Shown: piece after piece, positions 18,651 through 28,225 of the stretch
Layout: every line of letters begins with the position of its first letter
Position numbering within the stretch: position 1 is the stretch's first letter
DNA from: an uncultured bacterium
Lineage (GTDB): Bacteria; Electryoneota; Electryoneia; Electryoneales; Electryoneaceae
Length of the DNA: 48,832 nt
Direction of reading: 5' to 3'
Assembly (NCBI GenBank): GCA_964648415.1
Contig: CAZYOC010000003.1
Coordinates: 1 to 48,832, forward strand
The notes under the pieces: model-generated
What the model was told of the DNA's origin: nothing
Seen by the model: the letters and a program-made list of their open reading frames with translations, nothing else
Databases searched by the model: none
Program-made: the position numbers and the translations under genes

Positions 18651-20260
18651 CCCGCCGCCCTTTCGGTTTGTGACGCAGGTACGCTCCACCGGGCCACTCG
18701 TGGATCCCTGCGGACATTCGCAGGGATCTCCTGCTGCTTTTTTGCGCACATCAGGAAGCCTTCGCAGGCCCGCGCCCGCAGGATGTCCTGTACGTTCTGC
18801 TCCATGGGGTGCCGGGCGTGGTAGCGCTGCCACATCTTCCAGGTGAATTCCGGAGCTTTCTGCGTAGAGAGGATCCGGTCCAGGCCTTCCAGAGCCGGAC
18901 GATGATCCTCATTCAGGCTCCAGGCGCGGTGATAATGCTCAAAGGCCGACCAGCCGGTGATGGGCGACGCCTGCCGGTTGAACCCGGGTGTGAAATACTC
19001 CCCCGCCTCTTCCAGCAGCTTTCCGATCAGCGTGTGCAGCTCAGCCGCGTCCGCGTCCGCATCGGCGCTCAGGATTTTGCGTACGGTCTTCAGATCATTG
19101 ACGGACAACGCCAGCGCCGCCAGCGCCGCAATCGCCCTGCGGTTGTTCGGGTAGATCTCGATGGTTTCAAGCAAAGACTTGACCGCTTCTTCACGATTAC
19201 CCAATGCTTCCTGGAAGGCCGCACGCTCCATGCCGTACAGCAGCTCCGCCTCGTCCAGCAGCCGTTTGCCGATGCGCTGGCGAAGCTGCGGCCAGTTCTC
19301 CGGCCATTTCCACATGGCCTGCCAGAGGCCCCAGTCCATTTTCCGGCGATTGGCGTCTGTCGTGCGCTCCGTACGGATCTGCAAAACGGACAGTTCACTC
19401 AGCACCTGCTTGAAACGGTGCATCAGCGTGTGTTTGTCACGAATCCGTTGAGCGCCCTGCTCCCCGATCCGGCGTAATTTCTCCGGGTTGGCCAGCAGGT
19501 CGGTGACCACATCTTCCAGGTTTTCCGTGGTGTAGCTGACGAGATGCGCACTTTCCTTGAAGAGCCGGTCCTGTCCTCGCCCGGCTTCGGTCAGCACCAC
19601 GGCTCCGCTGGCCATGGCCTCGAAAGTCCGCAGGTTGATCCCGTCGAACAGGTTCTCGTTGAGGATGATCTTCGCGCGGCGATACAGGTTGGCCACGTTG
19701 CCGGCCACCTCGCTGCGTGTCCCGCCCCCGTCCACCAGGTGTACCTTCGCCACCATCATGAGACGGTGCAGGATCGCGGAACGCTTGGGGCGCAGTTCGC
19801 CGTCCAATGTGCCCACGAACACCACATCCAGATCCCGCTCTGCGCCGGCGTCGCCCTGATGATACAGGGTCATGTCCGCCGCGAGGGGCAGCCACCGCGC
19901 CCAGGTGATTCCCTGCTCCCGCCAGCGGCGCCATTCCTCATGCTGATCGACGAAGACCCGGTCGAACCCGTGAGCGTACCAGGTCTGCCAGAACGCGTTG
20001 ATGGGCGCGTCAATGGCATAAAACGCTGTGGGAACCCGCAACTCTTCCAGGCCGGGCGCAAAGAAACGGCCGTCGATGCTGTCCACCTGCAGCACGGCGT
20101 CCGGCGTAAAATCAGCCTTTACAAGAACATCCACCAGATTGTCGGTTTCGGGATTGAACGGGATATCCTGGTCGTCGCCCGCACCGATCCTGAGCACGTC
20201 AACCCCCGAGACCGGAGGCAGCGTGTTGAAGTAATGGTCGTTCAGGAGCAGGAGTTTCAT
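18647..20260 (-). CDS. CgeB-like glycosyltransferase with TPR-like C-terminus
   Basis: LPLAAD, VVFVG, INLRTFEAMASG and HTLMHR, followed by a helical C-terminal half. Confidence 0.85.
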   Translation of the reverse strand: MKLLLLNDHYFNTLPPVSGVDVLRIGAGDDQDIPFNPETDNLVDVLVKADFTPDAVLQVDSIDGRFFAPGLEELRVPTAFYAIDAPINAFWQTWYAHGFDRVFVDQHEEWRRWREQGITWARWLPLAADMTLYHQGDAGAERDLDVVFVGTLDGELRPKRSAILHRLMMVAKVHLVDGGGTRSEVAGNVANLYRRAKIILNENLFDGINLRTFEAMASGAVVLTEAGRGQDRLFKESAHLVSYTTENLEDVVTDLLANPEKLRRIGEQGAQRIRDKHTLMHRFKQVLSELSVLQIRTERTTDANRRKMDWGLWQAMWKWPENWPQLRQRIGKRLLDEAELLYGMERAAFQEALGNREEAVKSLLETIEIYPNNRRAIAALAALALSVNDLKTVRKILSADADADAAELHTLIGKLLEEAGEYFTPGFNRQASPITGWSAFEHYHRAWSLNEDHRPALEGLDRILSTQKAPEFTWKMWQRYHARHPMEQNVQDILRARACEGFLMCAKKQQEIPANVRRDPRVARWSVPASQTERAAG

Positions 20261-20610
20261 AAGCGGTTGTTCTCCTCTTGGTCGGCGGTCTTTTCCTGAT
20301 TCTCCCTCCGGTAGCGCCGGCTCCAGCGCTCGTTGGCGAAGGGGTAGCCGTCGGGGCGATACGGCAGCAGCCGTTTCCGTCGCGGCATGGCCCGCCTGGT
20401 GGGGCGTCCCAGGCGCGTCGCCTCGATCCGGCAGGTGCGGTAGATGGGAGAATTGTGCACGAAGATGGCGTAGGGCGAGGTCAGCACGATCCGCGTGGAT
20501 TCGTGCATCTCCTTGCGGGGCGCGGAGTCGGTCCAGCGATGGCCGCCGATGGCCGCACGTGAAATGCCCTGCCGCCTGGATATATCGTGTCCTGTCTTGC
20601 CTTCCGTCAT
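20257..20610 (-). CDS. Small Arg-rich hypothetical protein
   Basis: RBS GGAGAG, GC3-biased codons, and an ATGA overlap with the next gene. Confidence 0.55.
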   Translation of the reverse strand: MTEGKTGHDISRRQGISRAAIGGHRWTDSAPRKEMHESTRIVLTSPYAIFVHNSPIYRTCRIEATRLGRPTRRAMPRRKRLLPYRPDGYPFANERWSRRYRRENQEKTADQEENNRL

Positions 20611-20625
20611 GGTGCTCTCCTTCTG

Positions 20626-21930
20626 CTACCGTGTCATCCTTGTGGACCCGCTGATCAATGGACGGCTTACGCCGTCGTCTGCCGGAATTCGGGGATCCCG
20701 TGAATTTGAGCCGGACGTCCCCGCCGTTTCCTCGAGCCCCCAGAGGAGCCGCCGGTCAGCAGCGCGACGTCGTTGCAGAGCGGCCTGCGCTGCTGGGGTT
20801 GTGACTGCGGGAATGTACTCTGGACCCACAGATGAAGATCTGGCCACCAGTAGACTGCCGAATGTGTCATGTTCGATCCCGTTGGGTTGCCACGTTTCGT
20901 CCGCGATCCGGTGCGCCAGCCGGGCGATGCTGCGGAAATCCAGCGCCTCCGCGCCTGCGCCCCGTGTGGAGCCGCTGACCTGCTTCGCCACCGCGCCCGC
21001 TCGGTACGCCCCGGTTTCCACCGGATTCGCGCCGCCGAAGAACAAACCGACGGTATGGATGTCAAGCGCCGATGCGAGCTGCAGGGTGCCGGTGTCACTG
21101 GAAATCAACAACCTGCAAGCGTTCAGTACGCCCGGCAGGTCCTCGATCCGGGTTCTCCCGGTGAGATCCAGCAGGCGCGCCCGTACGTCCGGGCTTGCGC
21201 CCTCGCGCAGTTCTCGCGCCGTTTCCCGGTCCTGCTCGAGTCCCAGCAGCACCACCTGCTCGGCTCCGCTCCGCGCCAGTTCGTTCACCAGCGCGGCAAG
21301 CTTTGCCGCGGGTAGCACTCTTTCCTTCCCGCCTGCGCCCAGGTTGACCGCGAAACGTGTTGTTTTCAAAGAATCTGCCTGTCGTTCACCCCCCAATAAT
21401 GCAACCCCTGTGCCCAAGGCCGACGCCCTCAAACGCGGCGCTCGCAGCGGCAGGATCCGGGGACCGTACGCCGCCCAGACTTCCGCCAGATGCAGAGTCG
21501 CCTGCTCGCGTTTCTGGACAGCCTGGTTCAGGTAGGCATGGGGCAGGGGCAATGGACGACGCAGGAAGGGACCTTCCTTGGTCTTCGCAGGAATCAGGGT
21601 GGCGACCGCCGAGGTGAACTCGCCCTGGTTGAGCAGGATCAAGCGGTCGGCCGGTTCATACGGCAACCAGCCTCGCGCCCAGTCCCGCAGTTCGTTCCAG
21701 GCGTGAATCCCTCTGGCGGCGACACGGTTGGCGGCGTCGGACAGGTCGAGTTCAACCACGCCGTCGACTCCGTCGAGCAGACGCGCCGCAGGAGCGGCGC
21801 GACGGTCTACGGCAAGCGTTACCTCGCGCTCCACCCCCCCCTCCCGCTTCAGGTTCTGAATCAACGGCGAGGTCTGGATGATGTCGCCGAAGCGGGCGAG
21901 CTGGACGATGGTAACGCGTTCGCGGCGCAT
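20626..21930 (-). CDS. Glycosyltransferase family 9
   Basis: LARFGDIIQ, LTGRT and ISSDTGTLQLA. Confidence 0.88.
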   Translation of the reverse strand: MRRERVTIVQLARFGDIIQTSPLIQNLKREGGVEREVTLAVDRRAAPAARLLDGVDGVVELDLSDAANRVAARGIHAWNELRDWARGWLPYEPADRLILLNQGEFTSAVATLIPAKTKEGPFLRRPLPLPHAYLNQAVQKREQATLHLAEVWAAYGPRILPLRAPRLRASALGTGVALLGGERQADSLKTTRFAVNLGAGGKERVLPAAKLAALVNELARSGAEQVVLLGLEQDRETARELREGASPDVRARLLDLTGRTRIEDLPGVLNACRLLISSDTGTLQLASALDIHTVGLFFGGANPVETGAYRAGAVAKQVSGSTRGAGAEALDFRSIARLAHRIADETWQPNGIEHDTFGSLLVARSSSVGPEYIPAVTTPAAQAALQRRRAADRRLLWGLEETAGTSGSNSRDPRIPADDGVSRPLISGSTRMTR

Positions 21931-21947
21931 GGCGTGCAGTCCCGGGC

Positions 21948-24900
21948 CTACGTCAACGCGCCCAGATGGGTCAGCATCTGCTTCGCGCCGCTGTGGTTCG
22001 GGTTCAGTTCGAGCACCTTCTCCGCCTGGGTCCGCGCGTTGTGCACGTCCTTCTCGCTGAAGAGGATCGCCGCGAAATGGAACCGGGTCTCGATGTCGTC
22101 CGGGTGTGCTTTCAGATAGTGCTCGATGGGGCTGCGCGCATCTTGCAGACGGTTGGCCTGCAAGGCCGCGGCGACCATCCCCACAATCGCGGGCCGGTGA
22201 TCCGGGGCAAGACGCGAGGCTTTCAGGAAATTGTCCAGGGCGCCGTCGTATTGCTTCCGCCGCAGCAGCACATTGCCGAGCCCCATGTAGCCGCGGTCGA
22301 ATTCCGGCGCCAGCTCGACCACCTTGCTGAAGATGTCTTCAGCCCGGTCCAGGTCGTTGGTGACGAGGTGGTACGTGGCGATGCCCACCCAGGCGCGCTG
22401 GGCGCTGGGATCGTCATCCACGGCTTTCTTGTAGCAATCCAGGGCCTCGTCGGTGCGCTCCAGCCGGAAGCGGGCGTCGCCCAGCAGCGTCCAGTACATG
22501 GCGCGGCGTTTCACGTTGCCGTTGACCTTGTGCGCCCCGCCTTTCAGCGTCTCTTCCGCCTCCTCGAAGTTGCCTTCCTTGATCATCAGGTCGGCCTGGG
22601 CCAGCAGGTTGGACAGGTTCTCCGCATCGCTCTTCTGCGGCTCCGCGGGTTTTACCTTCTCCTGTGGCTCCTCCTGCTCAGGCGGTTCCACCTTTGCGGA
22701 AGTTGCTGAGGCTTGTTCACGCTCCCGCTGCTGCTGGTCCCGCAGCATCTGCTGAGCTTTTTCGGTCGGTTCGAGAACGCGCTTGCCGTCTTTCATCACC
22801 ACCTCGAACCCGTCCGCCACGGCGTATCGTTCGAAATCCGGCTCCACCCGGCCCTTCCACATGGCCAGGTAGCGGTGGGTGTTCTCGTCTTCGTGGTTCT
22901 TACGGCCTTCCGTCTGTTCGGAATAATGGACGATGATGGCGTTGGGTTCGTAAACGATCTTGACACCCATCTGCCGCGCCCGCAGGCAGAAATCCACATC
23001 TTCCCAGCCGTTACGGAAGCCTTCATCCATCCCGCCCAGCCGCAGGAAGACATCCCGTCGGACCAGCATGCAGGCCGCGGTGACCGCCTGGAAGAAGCGC
23101 CGGATGCGAACCATCGGCAGCTCGTTGGGGCCTTTGCCGTAGATGTGGGACGGAACGCTGTCCTCATCGAACGTGATGCCGGCGTGCTGAATCGTGCCGT
23201 CCGGGAACTGCAACCGTGCGCCGACAATGTCCGCGCCGGTTTCCAGGTGCGCTCCCAGCATGGCCTGCATCCAGCCCGGCTTGACTTCGGTATCGTTGTT
23301 CAGCAGCAGGACAAACTCGCCCCGCGCCTCACGCACTCCCCGGTTGATCGCCCTGGCAAAGCCCTCGTTGCGCTTGTTGCGCAGGTACAGGATGCCGTAC
23401 TGCTGCAACTGGTCGATCAACTCTTCGGTCGTGTTGTCGCTGCCGTTGTCAATGACGATCACCTCAAACGGGATGGCGTCGGTGTTGTCGATAATGCTCT
23501 CGATGCAGCGCTGGAGCATCTCCGGCAGGTTGTAATGCGGGATGACAATGCTGACCAGCGGCTTGCTCTCACGGCGGCAGGCTTCGTAGACCACACGACG
23601 GTTCAGCCTGGCCTTATCCCGGCGATCCTTCTTGATGAGGTCGTCTTCTTCCAGCAGCTCGTTCAAACGATACGCATCGTGAATCCGGTTCAGTTCGTTG
23701 CGCAGCGTATCTTTGCGTTCGCCCTCGAAGCCGATCTCCGGCCCCTGTTTCGTGTCCGCCCATTCGAGGCTCGCGTATTTCGACAGCAGCAATCCCCAGA
23801 GCGGATCGGCGCGCAGCGCGGGCTCGAACCCCTCCTCGACCAGGCTGCGCCGAAGCATCACATTTTCCGAACTCAATACTGACTCGGCGACCAGCGAGGT
23901 GAGGATCTCTTCACGTTGATCCTCATCGGTCTGAATGAAGACCGCGTTGATGGAGTCGGTAACTTCCTGCAACGCCGCCTGGATGGTCAGGCTCGCCGGC
24001 GCACGTCCGCCGGGAAGCACCCACACCCAGTCGCCCCGTCCCAGGGCCAGCGCACGGTTGTACGCGTCTCCCTCGGTATCCAGCTTGTCGAGTATCAAGT
24101 GACGCATCTCGAAACGGTTAAACGCGCCGGGGTCCATGCGGAAATCGCCGCGATGGACCACAGTCACATCCACCGGCAGAATTGATTGACGGTTCAATGC
24201 GTCCAGCGTATTCAGCGTGGCGCGGTTCTGCCCCTTGTGCAGGACGATGACCGATACGCCCCGGTAATAGTCGTCCGGCAGATCCTGATAGGCAGGAAAA
24301 CCGGAGAAGTCTTCCTGCACCGGAATCGTTGACGCCTTCTGAGGTGCGGTTTCTTTCACAGGTTGCGGGTCTTGCACAGGTTTTTCAGGTTGCGGCGGGG
24401 CGGGCCTCGTTTCAGCGACCGGCGGCGGTTGCGGAGCGGTGGTTTGTTCGCTTCCAGTTTCCGCTTCTACAGCCGCCTCCGGCTCTTCCTTCGGCTCCTC
24501 GGCGGGTTTGAAGACATTGGGACGGGCTTCCTCTACCGGCGGCGCTTCCACCTTCGGCAACATTTCCCCGTACAGCCGAGCGCCCAGTTCGACACGGTGC
24601 TTCAGGCCGTGGGATTCCAATTCGGCCAGCGGTGTTTCCGCGGCCATGTCGTAATACTGCTGCGCCAACTCCTTGTTCTGCAGTTTTTCAGCGATTACGC
24701 CCGCGCGCGCCAGCACTTCCGCGCTCTCTTCGGTCCACTGCTGCGGATCCTCGAGCTGCATGTGCTGGACACGACGGTCGACCAGTTCCTTCGTGGCGGA
24801 ATCGGTGGTGACCAGGTAGAGATCGGCCAGCGACAGCAGGCCGTGCAGCGATTCGGATTTCGGCGCATCGAAGTTCAACCCCTCCTCGACGGCCGCACGG

Positions 24901-25337
24901 GCTCGGATGAGGCCGGAATCGATCCGGCGGGCGTCCTTGCGCGACAGGCCGTCAAGCACCAGCACACGCGCCAGGCGGAGCTCACGGTCTGTGCTCTCCA
25001 TGGCGCCGTAGCCCTTCAGTACCTTGACACCCTGGTCGATGATCGGGACAAGAGCCGCGAACTCAATACCGCGCAGCTTCAGGCCGACGAAGGCTTCTGT
25101 CGCCAATAGCGTGGTCCAGGGCTCATCCCAGCCGCCTTCCGCATCCCGGCGCGTCTGGAGCGCCTCGACCAGCCGGTTGACGATACTCGCCTGACCTCGT
25201 TCGGCCAATGTGGGAATCGCCATTGCGGTGCAAAGGACATCTCCGTCCTGACCGGTTCCGCTCCGCACCAACCCCTCGGGCGTTACCCGAGCCAACAGTT
25301 CGTCAAGATCCTGCTTCAATTCACGATGATCCGCCAT
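21948..25337 (-). CDS. Large multidomain GT2 glycosyltransferase with TPR repeats
   Basis: VSIVIP, VIDNGS, GFARAIN, LLNNDT and EDVDFC (GT2). Degenerate GT2 upstream, Pro/Glu linkers and a C-terminal TPR array. Confidence 0.88.
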   Translation of the reverse strand: MADHRELKQDLDELLARVTPEGLVRSGTGQDGDVLCTAMAIPTLAERGQASIVNRLVEALQTRRDAEGGWDEPWTTLLATEAFVGLKLRGIEFAALVPIIDQGVKVLKGYGAMESTDRELRLARVLVLDGLSRKDARRIDSGLIRARAAVEEGLNFDAPKSESLHGLLSLADLYLVTTDSATKELVDRRVQHMQLEDPQQWTEESAEVLARAGVIAEKLQNKELAQQYYDMAAETPLAELESHGLKHRVELGARLYGEMLPKVEAPPVEEARPNVFKPAEEPKEEPEAAVEAETGSEQTTAPQPPPVAETRPAPPQPEKPVQDPQPVKETAPQKASTIPVQEDFSGFPAYQDLPDDYYRGVSVIVLHKGQNRATLNTLDALNRQSILPVDVTVVHRGDFRMDPGAFNRFEMRHLILDKLDTEGDAYNRALALGRGDWVWVLPGGRAPASLTIQAALQEVTDSINAVFIQTDEDQREEILTSLVAESVLSSENVMLRRSLVEEGFEPALRADPLWGLLLSKYASLEWADTKQGPEIGFEGERKDTLRNELNRIHDAYRLNELLEEDDLIKKDRRDKARLNRRVVYEACRRESKPLVSIVIPHYNLPEMLQRCIESIIDNTDAIPFEVIVIDNGSDNTTEELIDQLQQYGILYLRNKRNEGFARAINRGVREARGEFVLLLNNDTEVKPGWMQAMLGAHLETGADIVGARLQFPDGTIQHAGITFDEDSVPSHIYGKGPNELPMVRIRRFFQAVTAACMLVRRDVFLRLGGMDEGFRNGWEDVDFCLRARQMGVKIVYEPNAIIVHYSEQTEGRKNHEDENTHRYLAMWKGRVEPDFERYAVADGFEVVMKDGKRVLEPTEKAQQMLRDQQQREREQASATSAKVEPPEQEEPQEKVKPAEPQKSDAENLSNLLAQADLMIKEGNFEEAEETLKGGAHKVNGNVKRRAMYWTLLGDARFRLERTDEALDCYKKAVDDDPSAQRAWVGIATYHLVTNDLDRAEDIFSKVVELAPEFDRGYMGLGNVLLRRKQYDGALDNFLKASRLAPDHRPAIVGMVAAALQANRLQDARSPIEHYLKAHPDDIETRFHFAAILFSEKDVHNARTQAEKVLELNPNHSGAKQMLTHLGALT

Positions 25338-25363
25338 GATCTTTTTCTCCGCCCTCTATCGTG

Positions 25364-26293
25364 TCACTTTCCGAGAAAACTCAGCAGGGAGTTATCCAGG
25401 GACCGTATGCCGGCCTGCATGGCCATTTCCATGGCCACCTTCTGCAACTCGAATTTCTGGATCCACTCCGCGATATCCGCATCCTGCGTATCTTCCAGCA
25501 CGGCGGTCTTGCTCACCTTGTTGTCGCCGTGACGGTTTTCCATGTTTTCCAACCGGTTGACGATGCCGCCCAGCCTGGCGCGGGCGATGGCGACCCGGTC
25601 CATGCCATCATCGAAACGGGTAATCGTGTTCTGGATCGTCGCCGAATCATCGTTCCTCAGTCCGTCCCGCAGGTCGATCAGCACGTCGAACATGTCGCCC
25701 GCAGCCCCCGGCGCGCCGGTCTGGAAGACTTCCGTACCCGGGATGTTCATCTGCACCCGTTCCTTGTCCCCGATCTCGCTGTAGATTACGCCGTCCATCC
25801 CGCCGGGCAGATCCTGCACCTGGATTACATCGCCGGTCACCGGGTCGGTATTCGTATCGTATGGGGACTCCTGCGTATTGAAGCCGCCGAAGAGGTAACG
25901 GTCGCCGTGACGGGCATTGGCGACCGACACCAGCTCATGCAGGATCTGGTCAACCCGTTCCGCACTGGCCGCGCGTTCGGAGGCGCTCATGGTCTCGTTG
26001 GCTCCCTGAATCGCCAGCGAACGGGCTTCGATCAACAACTCATCGGCGTTCTGCAGCTCGTTTTCGGTGAAGCTCAGATAGGTCAACGCGCTGGAAATGT
26101 TGCGGCTGAACTGGTCGTTACGGCCCAGTTCATCGTTGAGCTGCAGAATTTTCCGGGCGGCCATGGGGTCGTCGGAAGGTTTGTCAACTTCCCTCTGCGA
26201 GGTCATCACCTGCTGCGTGCGGTACATGTCCGCACGATGCCGGTTGAGATCCTGCATGAAGCTGTCGATCTTCTGTTGGTACGATACCCTCAT
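25364..26293 (-). CDS. flgL: Flagellar hook-associated protein FlgL
   Basis: MRVS, KPSDDP, YLFGG and C-terminal SLLSFL. Follows flgK. Confidence 0.95.
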   Translation of the reverse strand: MRVSYQQKIDSFMQDLNRHRADMYRTQQVMTSQREVDKPSDDPMAARKILQLNDELGRNDQFSRNISSALTYLSFTENELQNADELLIEARSLAIQGANETMSASERAASAERVDQILHELVSVANARHGDRYLFGGFNTQESPYDTNTDPVTGDVIQVQDLPGGMDGVIYSEIGDKERVQMNIPGTEVFQTGAPGAAGDMFDVLIDLRDGLRNDDSATIQNTITRFDDGMDRVAIARARLGGIVNRLENMENRHGDNKVSKTAVLEDTQDADIAEWIQKFELQKVAMEMAMQAGIRSLDNSLLSFLGK

Positions 26294-26305
26294 AGTCGTT
26301 CCTCA

Positions 26306-27715
26306 CTACGCCCCGATGCTGATCGCCATGGCCAGCATCTCGTCGATCTTGTTGAACACGCGCGCCGCCGCTCCATACGCCTTCTGGATCGTGATCATGT
26401 TGGTCAATTCTTCATCCATGCTGACACCGGAAATACTCTGCTGATAGTTCTTCGCCTGCTCCAATGCGGCTTCCGACGCTTCCAGCCGTGTATTTGCCAG
26501 CTCCACCTCGTTGCCCAGACCGGTAACGATGCTCTGGTAGTACTCGCCGTAGTCCATCTTCCCGCTCAGGAACGCATTCTCGTACTGCACCTCGAACAGG
26601 TCATGGGCCAGCTCGTTGTCACCGGTCGAATTGGTGTAGGAGGCTGCGAGCTTCTGCGGTTGATCCTGTACGGTCAGGTGCAGGGCGATATCCTGCGCGC
26701 CTTCGGTATCGGTCCGGAAGAAGGCGTTGCCGGTGCTACCGTCACGCGCCACGCCGGCCATGTGCAGCTCGTTGACCCGGTCTCGGAGCGAATTCGCCAA
26801 CTCGTCCAGCTTATTCAAAACATCGGGAATGACTTCGTCGCGCACATTCAGTTTTCCGAGCGCCTCGCCGCCGTCAAAGGTCAGCGCGGTCCTCATGTCC
26901 GCCCAGGCCAGGTCGCCGCCGTGCTTGCCCTTGGTGTCGTCGTTGATCCAGACAACTTCGCGCGCCACCTCGCGGTGAACGATCGCCTCCTGGCCGATGT
27001 ACACCGTGACCGAATTCTGACCGCCTTCTTCGGTGGTCACGCCGGCAAGGTCGGCCATATCGAGGATCAGCTTGTCGCGTTTGTCCATCAAGTCATTGGG
27101 ATTCTGCCCGCGAGCAGTGACTTCCATGATTTCCTGGTTGTAGACCGCCACCTGCGAAGCCAGCGTGTTGATCTGCTCGCCGATCTCCTGCAAGTCCAGG
27201 TTCAACGCTCGCTGAGTGTTCAGCATGCCGTTGGCGGTCCCATGGAACGCCAGCGCCATGTTCTCGCCCTTTTGCAGCACATTCATGCGGGAGGAGAGCC
27301 CGTCGGGATCGTTGGCCAGGTCCTCCCACGCCCGCCAGAACTGCTCCATGGAGCCGGACAGCGAATGGTCCTGAATCTCGGTGAAGGTGTTCTCGACAAC
27401 GGTGAGCGCCTGCTGCTCGGCTTCCCAGCGCTGCTGAGCGCCGCGTTCATAGAGAACCTGCGCCTCGGCGTAGCGGTCAATGATGCGGGCGATTTCCGCC
27501 ACGCGTACGCCGCTACCGATGCTGCCGGGGTTGGTCTCTAAAGGAATCCCGGTTTCCAGCTCGGCGCGCTGCCGGTGGTAGCCCTCGGTGTCGATATTGG
27601 CCAGGTTGTTGCCCACCACGGCCTGCGCCTGCTGGTGAGCCAGCAGCGTATCCTTGGTCTGCTTCAACAACCCCTGCAAGGGCAGATAACTGTGGTATCC
27701 CGACACCTGGGGCAT
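26306..27715 (-). CDS. flgK: Flagellar hook-associated protein FlgK
   Basis: NNLANIDTEGYHRQR, GSGV, NDLMDKRD, and SGVSMDEE...QKAYGAAAR. Confidence 0.95.
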   Translation of the reverse strand: MPQVSGYHSYLPLQGLLKQTKDTLLAHQQAQAVVGNNLANIDTEGYHRQRAELETGIPLETNPGSIGSGVRVAEIARIIDRYAEAQVLYERGAQQRWEAEQQALTVVENTFTEIQDHSLSGSMEQFWRAWEDLANDPDGLSSRMNVLQKGENMALAFHGTANGMLNTQRALNLDLQEIGEQINTLASQVAVYNQEIMEVTARGQNPNDLMDKRDKLILDMADLAGVTTEEGGQNSVTVYIGQEAIVHREVAREVVWINDDTKGKHGGDLAWADMRTALTFDGGEALGKLNVRDEVIPDVLNKLDELANSLRDRVNELHMAGVARDGSTGNAFFRTDTEGAQDIALHLTVQDQPQKLAASYTNSTGDNELAHDLFEVQYENAFLSGKMDYGEYYQSIVTGLGNEVELANTRLEASEAALEQAKNYQQSISGVSMDEELTNMITIQKAYGAAARVFNKIDEMLAMAISIGA

Positions 27716-27721
27716 AACGCC

Positions 27722-28225
27722 TCACATGGTCCGGTTGATCAGCACCGGACGCAGTTTCTTGTCTTTCAGTTTTCCGTTGGACAGGTAGGTGACTTCGCTC
27801 TCCCCACCGTCGATCAGCCAGTCGATGCTGCGCTGCGCCACGTTCAGCGAACGCTTGACCAGGTACTGATTCACCCGACTGACCCGCTGGATGCGGTTCA
27901 CCAGTGTGCTCATGTTTTTCTTGGCCTCTGCCAGTTCATCGGACACCTGCCCCAGGCTGAGCTCCACCAGGCGGGTCATGGTGATATCCGATACCGGTTC
28001 GCCCAGTCCATGCGCCAGTTGCTTCACCTGCTCCACACGTGCTTCTTCCAGCTGACGGATCTGCACGATCAGAGCTTCCTGGCGCTCCACCGTTTCTTCA
28101 AAGCCTTCCACGTCATTGCGGACCAGAACCTTCTTCTGCTCTTCCAGCAGTTCGGCGAACTGGCTGAGCAGGTCCTCTTCCTGCTTGATGGCGTTGATGA
28201 GGTTGCGAATCAGATCATCGTTCAT
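27722..28225 (-). CDS. flgN: Flagellar export chaperone FlgN
   Basis: Coiled-coil with [13 protein letters not shown]...N..L...TY...G, immediately upstream of flgK. Confidence 0.85.
   Translation of the reverse strand: MNDDLIRNLINAIKQEEDLLSQFAELLEEQKKVLVRNDVEGFEETVERQEALIVQIRQLEEARVEQVKQLAHGLGEPVSDITMTRLVELSLGQVSDELAEAKKNMSTLVNRIQRVSRVNQYLVKRSLNVAQRSIDWLIDGGESEVTYLSNGKLKDKKLRPVLINRTM

Noticed and set aside
16827-18833. Longest-ORF starts from the track (for example 18833, 3317, 33108, 47214, 48815)
   Set aside because: Downstream starts have a better RBS, ATGA coupling or family-typical N-termini.
25361-27541. 726-aa plus-strand ORF and similar long antisense ORFs (8432-10015, 16914-18236, 41892-42986, 45988-47229, 47457-48710)
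   Set aside because: These are antisense shadows of well-supported GC3-rich genes.
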